DNA of 64,000 bases from positions 1 through 64,000 of the IMG/VR virus record IMGVR_UViG_3300030116_004830; one strand, given 5' to 3'. Positions 46,651-54,675 of the stretch are shown here, piece after piece (positions within the stretch are counted from its first letter, which is position 1; the number at the start of each line of letters is the position of its first letter). The stretch comes from a virus. Both the position numbers and the translations under genes were made by a program. A model generated the notes under the pieces. That model was not told the DNA's origin, did no database searches, and saw only the letters and a list, made by a program, of their open reading frames with translations.

Positions 46651-47949
46651 TCATGCCTCCTTAGCAACTGGTATTTTTGAAATAGCCTCTTCTAATTTTT
46701 CTAATCTAGCCTTTAATAGATTTAGATAATATTTACGAGCCATATTGATTTTATCTGCTGTAAACTCACCTGCTCTACCTGCCGTCATTCCTGCACGACC
46801 AAGACCTCTAACCCTTTCAGTTTGACCAGTAGTAGCCGCCATTGTAGTTTTAGGTTTTAGAATAGCCGTTTTGATTTTTCTCCAAACTGTTTTGATTTCA
46901 ACTAGGTTATTCAATTCGTCCCCTTCAAATTTAGGAATTTTTTCACCCTCATCATCTAATTTAAATTTACCATAATTAGGATTATCTTCGGTATCATAAA
47001 TGGTTTCAGGTTCTCCTTTTTCATTTGTAATAGTGGTTGGTTTTCTGATAGTTCTTCTATCATCTATCTCATACAATTTTTTTTCCGATATTGGTTTAAG
47101 AAGAATAGTAAGAGTCATAGTAAAATCATATAGAATATCCTTATCCAATATATCTCTAGGAGTGTTCTTAATTATGATTCTCTCTAAATCCTTCTTGTTT
47201 TCAAATATAGAATCAATCAATATGTTTCCAAAATTTTCACCTTCATCTTTTAATGCTAAAGTCCCCTTTAATCCATCGGAAATTTCTACTATAGAAGAAT
47301 CGGAATCAGGAGATGTTCTAGGCTTTTTTGGTTTATGCAAAGCAACTTCTATTCCTAATTTTTCATACCATTTTATTTTACCGTGTTCTTCTTCAGGAGT
47401 ATCAGAGCGCATATTAAATTTCAGAACTATTTTATTTTCAGGACTGTTTTCATCATAAGTAAGGAACTCTTTTAATTTTGCTTTAGTTTCAGTGCCGAAA
47501 ACAGCATCTTGAAGCCTCTTTTCAAAATCTTTTAGAGTATATTCCTGTTCTAAAGCATCTTTTTCTTTAAATGGAGTAATCAATTGTTCTGTCTTAGGAA
47601 TGTTTCTTACATCCTTTAATTTATAATCTTCAGGAAATTCGTCTAAATTCATATGTTCTTTTAATTTGCCCAAAGGAATATCTGTTACCAATTCCTTTAA
47701 TGAAGCATTCATTAATTTATCAAGAGTTTTCTTACTAGTTTTTTTCAAATACTCTTCTGTCTCTTTAGTATATGATTGTCCTCTTTCCTCTAGCAGTTCG
47801 TCCTGCTCATCTAAGATTTCATCTTCTAATTCATCAATTTGATTCTTCCTATCTTGTTGATAAGGTATGAGAATATAATCTCTAAAGGACTGATAGAATC
47901 TACTATCGCTGACCTCTTGAAGAGTGCCGTCATACCATATTAGTTTCAT
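46651..47949 (-). CDS. hypothetical charged protein
   Basis: 432-aa ORF in operon; no recognised motif. Confidence 0.7.
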   Translation of the reverse strand: MKLIWYDGTLQEVSDSRFYQSFRDYILIPYQQDRKNQIDELEDEILDEQDELLEERGQSYTKETEEYLKKTSKKTLDKLMNASLKELVTDIPLGKLKEHMNLDEFPEDYKLKDVRNIPKTEQLITPFKEKDALEQEYTLKDFEKRLQDAVFGTETKAKLKEFLTYDENSPENKIVLKFNMRSDTPEEEHGKIKWYEKLGIEVALHKPKKPRTSPDSDSSIVEISDGLKGTLALKDEGENFGNILIDSIFENKKDLERIIIKNTPRDILDKDILYDFTMTLTILLKPISEKKLYEIDDRRTIRKPTTITNEKGEPETIYDTEDNPNYGKFKLDDEGEKIPKFEGDELNNLVEIKTVWRKIKTAILKPKTTMAATTGQTERVRGLGRAGMTAGRAGEFTADKINMARKYYLNLLKARLEKLEEAISKIPVAKEA

Positions 47950-47954
47950 TTAAA

Positions 47955-48668
47955 TCACGCAAGCCACTTAGCCCAAGCCGCACCCTTTTGAATCATCTTA
48001 CCTAATCCTAATCCACTATTAGGAGGAGAGTAGGTCGCTTGACCAGTAGCAGGGTCTATCCAGTATGGATTATTGTAATTATCATAACCGCTAGGAGGAA
48101 CAGGATAACCACTTTGATTGGTCATTGCACCTTGTCCCATAGCCATGTTTTGATTCATGTTCCCCATCATTGGTTGACCTTGAATATTAGCAGGAGTATT
48201 GTTTTGCATTTGTGGTTGTCCTCCCATTGCTGGTTGTCCTCCCATTACTGGTTGCCCTCCTCCATCTCCAAAACCTTGAGCCTCTAAATACTGATTCTTT
48301 GCCATTTGTCTTTGATATACAACCTCTTGATTAATTGAAGATTGTAAAATCTGTTGAATATCTAATTGAATATTTTCTTCTGTAATTCTTTCATACTCAG
48401 CAAGACATGCCTTTTCTAGAGTAATATCTCCTTGAGTGGCTTCTAATTTAAAATGCAATTTAGTTAGCATCCTACTCATTACTCTTTCAATAACATCTTC
48501 CAATAGTTTCTCATAAGAGGTAAAGAAGGCTTCACCATGATAAAGTAAAAACTCTTCAACATGGTTATCTTGTAGAGTCAAAAGGTTATTCATAGCCTTG
48601 AAACTCTTATCGTTGTTTTGGCTCATTTGGCTCGCTAAAGCACTGTTGCTTGTTCCTAGTAATCCCAT
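47955..48668 (-). CDS. helical protein with Q/G/M/P/Y-rich low-complexity region and amphipathic C-terminus
   Basis: GGQPVMGGQPAMGGQPQM repeats; ends GLGKMIQKGAAWAKWLA. Confidence 0.75.
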   Translation of the reverse strand: MGLLGTSNSALASQMSQNNDKSFKAMNNLLTLQDNHVEEFLLYHGEAFFTSYEKLLEDVIERVMSRMLTKLHFKLEATQGDITLEKACLAEYERITEENIQLDIQQILQSSINQEVVYQRQMAKNQYLEAQGFGDGGGQPVMGGQPAMGGQPQMQNNTPANIQGQPMMGNMNQNMAMGQGAMTNQSGYPVPPSGYDNYNNPYWIDPATGQATYSPPNSGLGLGKMIQKGAAWAKWLA

Positions 48669-49291
48669 TATTCATCACCTATTAATTCATCAATCTGTCC
48701 CATCTTACCCTTTAGTTCCATTAGTAGTATCATTAGTTTTTCTTCAGCAGTAGTCGTATCCGCCTTCGGGGGTTGTATTTCCCATCCCTTAGAGGTTAAT
48801 GAAATTATATCCTTCTCCGTTAAAGCAGTAAGCGGCCCCCTACTTATTACATTCGGCATTCTTGCTTTGGGAATATACTTTTTGAACTCTAATCCATGTT
48901 TTTCAGCAATCAATTGTTGCTCTAACATTTCCATCTGTTTGAACATAGAAGAATGTTTAGGACAATAAGTTCCTCTTAATGGTCTACCCTTATGAACATG
49001 AGATAATGGAATAGGAGGTCTAAGTGTATCTCCTGCGTCCCACACATGATGAACTCCACAAACTACACATCTATCTTTAATGTTAAATTTATAACCGTAT
49101 TTTACCAACAATAGGCTTTTCTTTTCAGGCATTAATACCTTGGTTATCTCTTTCATTTGTTTCTTAGTATCAAGAGATTTATATTCAAAATTAATAATGG
49201 GTCCTGCGGCCCTAGCAGAGTTCTTCATTCTTAATGGGTTAATCATTGTATTATCATTACCGATTATATTCGGTGTATATATTGCCGTCAT
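48668..49291 (-). CDS. zinc-finger protein with C-terminal coiled coil
   Basis: CVVC...CPKH. Confidence 0.7.
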   Translation of the reverse strand: MTAIYTPNIIGNDNTMINPLRMKNSARAAGPIINFEYKSLDTKKQMKEITKVLMPEKKSLLLVKYGYKFNIKDRCVVCGVHHVWDAGDTLRPPIPLSHVHKGRPLRGTYCPKHSSMFKQMEMLEQQLIAEKHGLEFKKYIPKARMPNVISRGPLTALTEKDIISLTSKGWEIQPPKADTTTAEEKLMILLMELKGKMGQIDELIGDE

Positions 49292-49295
49292 TTTA

Positions 49296-49973
49296 TCAAT
49301 ACTCCTTTATCATAGACATTATTCCTCGGTAAACCATTTCGGGGTCTGACTTGGCAGATACGATGTATTTGAAACATGGTATTCCCTTATCTTGTAACCG
49401 TTGCATACCGAGCCTGAACGGTTCAAAAATTGGATGTTTCTCGATAGGTCCGTTGTGTTCATATTTATCCTTCCATAAATCATACTTGTTAGCCCATATG
49501 CCTACTGCGATTGGAAAGTCCTTGTCCTTCTTTCTTTTAGTTTTACCCTTTCCTAATCTCCAAAAATCATCACAAATCGTATCTACTAAAAATTGCCAAG
49601 AGAGTTGATGTTCTAAATTATAGGCTTCTGATAAATGGCGGTCATCAATCATGAATATAAGATATTTTACCTTCCTTTTCATCATATCGTTTTTCCACGC
49701 ATCCCAGTAATATGATTGACCTCCTACATCAGCAGTTTTGATTGTCCTACTATCTTTATCTATTTTTACTGTTTTTCTAGAGGCACGATGTAAACCTTCT
49801 GTTCTATTCTGAATAACTGGAACTTCTCCTCTAGTTCTTAACTGTCGATGAAGGGTTGTTTTACCCGCCTTACTAGCACCATACACTCCAAAATTTATAG
49901 CATGAATTCTTTGGTAAAGGCTCATAGCCGCTTCTGCCGCTAAAATTGAAAAGCCTGTTAAAAGCGTAGCCAT
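49296..49973 (-). CDS. Arf/Sar1-like small GTPase (Ras superfamily)
   Basis: G1 GASKAGKTT, G2 RTEG, G3 DVGGQ, LIFMID, G4 ANKYD, G5 SAK; N-terminal hydrophobic/amphipathic helix. Confidence 0.9.
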   Translation of the reverse strand: MATLLTGFSILAAEAAMSLYQRIHAINFGVYGASKAGKTTLHRQLRTRGEVPVIQNRTEGLHRASRKTVKIDKDSRTIKTADVGGQSYYWDAWKNDMMKRKVKYLIFMIDDRHLSEAYNLEHQLSWQFLVDTICDDFWRLGKGKTKRKKDKDFPIAVGIWANKYDLWKDKYEHNGPIEKHPIFEPFRLGMQRLQDKGIPCFKYIVSAKSDPEMVYRGIMSMIKEY

Positions 49974-49976
49974 ACA

Positions 49977-50195
49977 TTAGTCCCACCCAATTAACTCCTT
50001 AAAACCATCAATTGCCAACCCAAGTAAATCAATACCGAATGAACCCATGATGTTACCGACCAAAAAGAAAAACACCGTAGAGCCAACGCCCCATAACCAG
50101 TATCTTACTTTTAGAAAGAAAATATCGGCAGAATGCGCTCTAGATAAATCGTATGCTAACGACTGTTCATCTACTCCTAAGAGCCTATCTAACAT
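49977..50195 (-). CDS. small membrane protein
   Basis: Hydrophobic YWLWGVGSTVFFFLVGNIMG; AAGGTGA RBS. Confidence 0.75.
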   Translation of the reverse strand: MLDRLLGVDEQSLAYDLSRAHSADIFFLKVRYWLWGVGSTVFFFLVGNIMGSFGIDLLGLAIDGFKELIGWD

Positions 50196-50207
50196 TGGAC
50201 ATCACCT

Positions 50208-50588
50208 TCATTCTAGTGCTTGAAGGAATGTTTCAGATACCTCATCATAGGGGGATTGTGGGCCACTGTAGTAGGTTAGATTTTTACCTTTCATGGATTC
50301 TCTAATCTTCTGCTTTTGTTGCTCATCTCTTTGTTTCTTTTCCCAATACATATCTATCTTTCGATTCAATAACCACATTTCAAATCTATCATTCACTGCT
50401 AAATCAAACAGTGCTTTCTGTAGCATTATTACGCCTACAGTAATCAGTCCAAACAATATTGCATGTGTAACCGCAGTAAACGGTAATTGGCCACCATATG
50501 CAGAATAGAAATAAACATTCATTCCGCACATTGCGCCTACATACATTATCGTCATTATTAGCCTAGTATCTTTATTGATAGCCGCCAT
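50208..50588 (-). CDS. two-TM membrane protein with coiled-coil tail
   Basis: Two hydrophobic helices followed by a charged helix; start moved to MAAINK. Confidence 0.75.
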   Translation of the reverse strand: MAAINKDTRLIMTIMYVGAMCGMNVYFYSAYGGQLPFTAVTHAILFGLITVGVIMLQKALFDLAVNDRFEMWLLNRKIDMYWEKKQRDEQQKQKIRESMKGKNLTYYSGPQSPYDEVSETFLQALE

Positions 50589-50598
50589 TATATCCCTC

Positions 50599-50931
50599 TC
50601 AATTAAATTCAACGGTGAATACTTGACTGGTTCCTGCCGCAACAGTAACATCTGCATATAGTCCGTTTCTGAAAACTACACCATGCATATCTGCTTCCGC
50701 AGAACCATTAATCAAACTGTTAGGGTCCATTCCTACAATCAATTGGCCAATAAGGTTACTATTTGCTTTCGCCCCTGATGAAGCCACATCATACAGTTTG
50801 ATGTAAGCAACGTCACCTGCACCAGTTACCATTCCGTGAACGCTAATCAATTTGCCCTGTCCAATCGTTATTTGAGTATCAGCAGTAATAGCATTACTAC
50901 TCCTACATCCACCTATTCCAGTCATCCGCAT
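50599..50931 (-). CDS. small beta-sandwich virion protein
   Basis: GKLISVHG...IKLYD...GVVFRNGLY pattern; near capsid gene. Confidence 0.6.
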   Translation of the reverse strand: MRMTGIGGCRSSNAITADTQITIGQGKLISVHGMVTGAGDVAYIKLYDVASSGAKANSNLIGQLIVGMDPNSLINGSAEADMHGVVFRNGLYADVTVAAGTSQVFTVEFN

Positions 50932-50971
50932 TACCTCGTTAAGAGATGCTAAATACTTTCAGCGTATAAGG

Positions 50972-51367
50972 TTACTCATCAGCAGAAGTTTCTTCTGAGG
51001 TTTCCTCAACAGGGGTTTCAGTAGCAGATTTTGAAGAAGTCAAAGTAGATTTGACTGTCTCTACTGCTTTCTTTGGAACCTCTGCCGCTTTCTTTGTTAC
51101 GGACTTCTTAGGCATCAATGCTGTCTTTACTGCTTTAGGCTCAACACTAAGTTTTTCTCCCATTTCAGTAAGCAATTCTTCAGGTAGGTCTTTGAAATCT
51201 GCATCAGTGAATTCCACTAGAAAATCAGGGTTCTTCATATACATAACTGCAATTTGAGAATTAACTTCTTGAGTAACCCCTGCTACGAATCTAATGTTCT
51301 GAAAAACAAAAGAAGATACACCATCTCCTTGTTGTTCATCTCTAGGTAATAGAGTTAGTTTAGCCAA
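50972..51367 (-). CDS. hypothetical protein
   Basis: GGGTGA RBS, TTG start. Confidence 0.65.
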   Translation of the reverse strand: MAKLTLLPRDEQQGDGVSSFVFQNIRFVAGVTQEVNSQIAVMYMKNPDFLVEFTDADFKDLPEELLTEMGEKLSVEPKAVKTALMPKKSVTKKAAEVPKKAVETVKSTLTSSKSATETPVEETSEETSADE

Positions 51368-51377
51368 GGTATCACCC

Positions 51378-51752
51378 TCAAATTAAACCGTAAACTCTTA
51401 GCCTAAACTGCATCCCACTGTGGGTATTACCATCAGTTTGTTCTGCTGGTGTGGCTTGTAGAGCGTCTACTATCAACATAGTGAATTGAGTAGCACTAGT
51501 ATATCCACCACCAGTTGTAGTAGTTCCATCTATTACAAAGGTCGGATAGAACTTCACATTCGCAGTTCCAGTATGAGTAACTGCGCTAACGGTAGATAGT
51601 CCAAAGTCAGACGCACTGAATACAACACCTGCTGAATCATAAGTAGAAACATCTACGAAAGCATCAACAAAGTATTCATCGCCCGAAACTCTAGGAGCAG
51701 TTGCTCCTTTATGGTCAGCCAAGATATGAACTTCAAATACTTCTTCGGTCAC
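51378..51752 (-). CDS. putative capsid decoration protein
   Basis: Directly downstream of capsid gene; beta-rich. Confidence 0.55.
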   Translation of the reverse strand: MTEEVFEVHILADHKGATAPRVSGDEYFVDAFVDVSTYDSAGVVFSASDFGLSTVSAVTHTGTANVKFYPTFVIDGTTTTGGGYTSATQFTMLIVDALQATPAEQTDGNTHSGMQFRLRVYGLI

Positions 51753-51763
51753 TTAAAATCACC

Positions 51764-53125
51764 TCACTTCAAGTTGGTGATTTTTCCTTGTCCCTTAAAG
51801 AAGGTGCAACCAGTTTCACCCATTGTTCTGTAAAGACCTCTGTTACCTAGGACTCCAACACCGAATGGGTTTCCATGAGAAATACCGTCCTCAAAGTATT
51901 GGGTAGGCTTCATTGTAGCAAACCATAGATGGTCAGTGTCTAGCAATAGCATGTCGGATAGACCGCTTGTTGCCGCACCTGTCTTTGGCATGTCCTTACA
52001 AGGAATTAGAGGAATATCGTAGTATGTTGCAACTCTGAATCCAACTTCTGCACCCTTTACGCCCTTTACACCGTTATGGGTTGGAATAACTTCCTTAGCG
52101 TCCATGAATCTTTCTTGGCTCTGTAGCAAGTCAGACAATGCTTGAATGGTATCGTATCCAGTTAGGATAACCTTTGGAGTTCCACCATTCAATCTTAGGT
52201 TCTGAATAACATCGTTAATGATGCTTAGAGTTAGAACACGACCCGCAGTAGCGTAAGATGCACCGTAGTTAACAACCGAATCCATGAAAGATGCGCCTGT
52301 TGCTCTTGAGGTGTTACCGTAAAGAGTTGTTACATCAGCGTCTAGGTCAGCAATAGCAGATGAAACGCTTGAAAGCCTATCAAGTTCACCACCGCTATCG
52401 GACAACTCATCGTTACTGCTAACAATCTTCAATAGAGAAGTATAGTTTTCACGAATTCTTCCGCTTGAAGTATCTGCTCCAAGTGTATCGTAGTTCTCAA
52501 GAGGCATTACTAGCATAACCGACTGAGATTCTGCGTGGAATTTACCCATATCCTCACGAATGAGTTTACGAATATCTCCAACACCATCATCAATCTTAGC
52601 CATTTCAGCCGCAAGTTCGGAGTAATCGAACATATGAGCGACAATCTTTGGGTTCATGTATAGAGTGGTGTATTCAGGAGCAAGGGCTTCCAACTGTGTG
52701 CTATCCAATGCTTCGTTTTCACCGACACCACCGAGCAAATCTCCATCAGGAGTTTCTGAACCTTGAACACCACTTCCAGTAGTTGCACCTACAGCGAATG
52801 CCGCCGCACTTCCACCTTGAGGTCTGTTAATCATAACTCTCCAGCCGCTTGAAGTGTATGGCCTCTTAGGTAGAATAGATAGTGGGTTGATTTCTTGGTT
52901 AATCATTGACCAAACTTTCTGACCGTAAACCATGTTGTAAAGTGCAGTTAGGTTTGTTGCCGCAGTTCCGTTAAGAGTTAGTGCAGTGTCGGACGAACCA
53001 GTGAATCCACTGTTGATTCCGCCAACAATACCTGCCGCCTTCAAAAGGTTGTTTCCACCTACGTTACCATAGGTTGCTCTTTCCAAATCTTGAATTGTGT
53101 TAATGTATTTCGTCATTTTTTTCAT
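51764..53125 (-). CDS. major capsid protein (HK97 fold)
   Basis: Follows prohead protease; size; P-domain-like TYYDIPLIP...MLLLDTD; high-expression codon style. Confidence 0.85.
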   Translation of the reverse strand: MKKMTKYINTIQDLERATYGNVGGNNLLKAAGIVGGINSGFTGSSDTALTLNGTAATNLTALYNMVYGQKVWSMINQEINPLSILPKRPYTSSGWRVMINRPQGGSAAAFAVGATTGSGVQGSETPDGDLLGGVGENEALDSTQLEALAPEYTTLYMNPKIVAHMFDYSELAAEMAKIDDGVGDIRKLIREDMGKFHAESQSVMLVMPLENYDTLGADTSSGRIRENYTSLLKIVSSNDELSDSGGELDRLSSVSSAIADLDADVTTLYGNTSRATGASFMDSVVNYGASYATAGRVLTLSIINDVIQNLRLNGGTPKVILTGYDTIQALSDLLQSQERFMDAKEVIPTHNGVKGVKGAEVGFRVATYYDIPLIPCKDMPKTGAATSGLSDMLLLDTDHLWFATMKPTQYFEDGISHGNPFGVGVLGNRGLYRTMGETGCTFFKGQGKITNLK

Positions 53126-53149
53126 CTCCTTATTGTTTCTCTAATGGGA

Positions 53150-54655
53150 TTAGAGTTGTCCCTCCAATCTTTCAACTAGAGCGTTAATGTCGCTCCAATC
53201 CATCTTTGCGATTTCGTCACCATTAGGAATGTTAAGTTCTGCAACTGCTTCTTCTTGCTTACGAATTACAGTTTCTTCTTCTGCCTTTAGATTGTTAAGA
53301 AGGTCAGCGAATTGCTTTCTCAACTCAGTTACTTCTGCCTTAGCATCGTAGTTTGCCTTCTCAATTTCCTCGGTCTTAGCAACCATTTCAGAATTGAATC
53401 TTGCTTGGAATCCTTCCTTTACTTTATCAAAAGCCATCTTCTCAAGTTGTTCTGCCTTGAATTCAGCGTAAGCCTTCTCCAAGTTTTCAGCAGATAGGTC
53501 AAGAGTAGTTTGGTCTTCAAACTTAGCCATGTATTTGCTGTCCAATTGTGGATGAGCATCATCTACATATTCACCAGCGTTTCCTGCTTCTACTTGACCA
53601 GTAGCCAAATCAGGCTTTGACTTTCTTTCGGTATCCATGTATTCTCCACCCATACCTTTTTCGTCCATCATCTCTTTATCAGGCATATTAGGATTCATTG
53701 CTTCAACATCCTCTTCTGCGTTTTCAATTTCTTCTTCTTCTTTAGCAACCATTTCTGTTCCCTCGGATGTTTTCTGATTTTTCTCTATGTTCTTATTAAC
53801 GTTTTCTGCTGAATCCGTGTTTTCCATATCTTTCATAGCATTAAATTGGTCAACCATTTGTCTTAGTTCATCCTTTTCCATAATGCCTCTACCTAATACT
53901 CTTTCATATGGAGCCATCTCTACTTTACCAGTAGTGTTTTCCATATCTTCTTTCATAGCGTCAATTACATCTTTCTTCTTGTAATCCCCGCTAGTCAATA
54001 CTTCAAGGTATTGCATTTTTACTACGCTTTCATTATTGTATGCGGAATTTGCCGCATCCAACGTCTTGTTCAGTTCTTCTAGTGCTTTGCTTATTGCATT
54101 CATTTTATCACCTTTATCCATTTTTAGTATATCGAATTTTGCTTCAGGGTTAATACCCTTTTCACAAATCGTTACTTCATGGAGTTCTAATTTGGAGATT
54201 TCATTGTATTCTCCGTATTCTTTGTGGGTCTTCTTTCTCTTTTCTAAGGCTTGACCCCCAATACTAAATGAGCGTAGAGAACCATCTCTGATTTCTCTAC
54301 CAACCTCTTTTGCCTTTTCAATATCTTCTCTCATCTTAATGACGACAAAGAATCCAACATCGTCTACTTCTGTCTTGTAGAGTTTACCTGTCTTATCTCT
54401 GTAACTAGGAATAACTTCTCCTACTTGAACATTAGAATGATTAGTCATTACGTTTCTAAACTTCGTAATTTTCATGTATTTGTTTACTGCTTCTTGTAGT
54501 GCATCAAGAGTAATAAGGTCGTTTTGCTTATCTACCATTTCAATAGAAGCATAACCTCCAATGACTAAGTTATTGGATTTAAGGATGGTAAAGGGGTCAT
54601 TTCTAATAGCGTTGATAGAAGTGACCGCACTACCCATGCGTGATACTTTTTTCAC
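53150..54655 (-). CDS. prohead protease fused to scaffolding domain
   Basis: GYAS...VDKQND, catalytic H (NHSN), SFSIGG, LHEVT...INPEA; acidic coiled-coil C-terminal half. Confidence 0.9.
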   Translation of the reverse strand: MKKVSRMGSAVTSINAIRNDPFTILKSNNLVIGGYASIEMVDKQNDLITLDALQEAVNKYMKITKFRNVMTNHSNVQVGEVIPSYRDKTGKLYKTEVDDVGFFVVIKMREDIEKAKEVGREIRDGSLRSFSIGGQALEKRKKTHKEYGEYNEISKLELHEVTICEKGINPEAKFDILKMDKGDKMNAISKALEELNKTLDAANSAYNNESVVKMQYLEVLTSGDYKKKDVIDAMKEDMENTTGKVEMAPYERVLGRGIMEKDELRQMVDQFNAMKDMENTDSAENVNKNIEKNQKTSEGTEMVAKEEEEIENAEEDVEAMNPNMPDKEMMDEKGMGGEYMDTERKSKPDLATGQVEAGNAGEYVDDAHPQLDSKYMAKFEDQTTLDLSAENLEKAYAEFKAEQLEKMAFDKVKEGFQARFNSEMVAKTEEIEKANYDAKAEVTELRKQFADLLNNLKAEEETVIRKQEEAVAELNIPNGDEIAKMDWSDINALVERLEGQL

Positions 54656-54675
54656 AATTTCTATATTAGGTTTGC

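Noticed and set aside
49977-50588. Classical holin-endolysin cassette
   Set aside because: The TM proteins are holin-sized, but no endolysin is present and they are coupled to a GTPase; a holin-like role remains possible but unsupported.
50932-54675. Shared late-promoter motif (CCT(T/A)ATA...AAAGTAT) upstream of the protease and 50931 genes
   Set aside because: Only two AT-rich instances; not distinguishable from background by eye.
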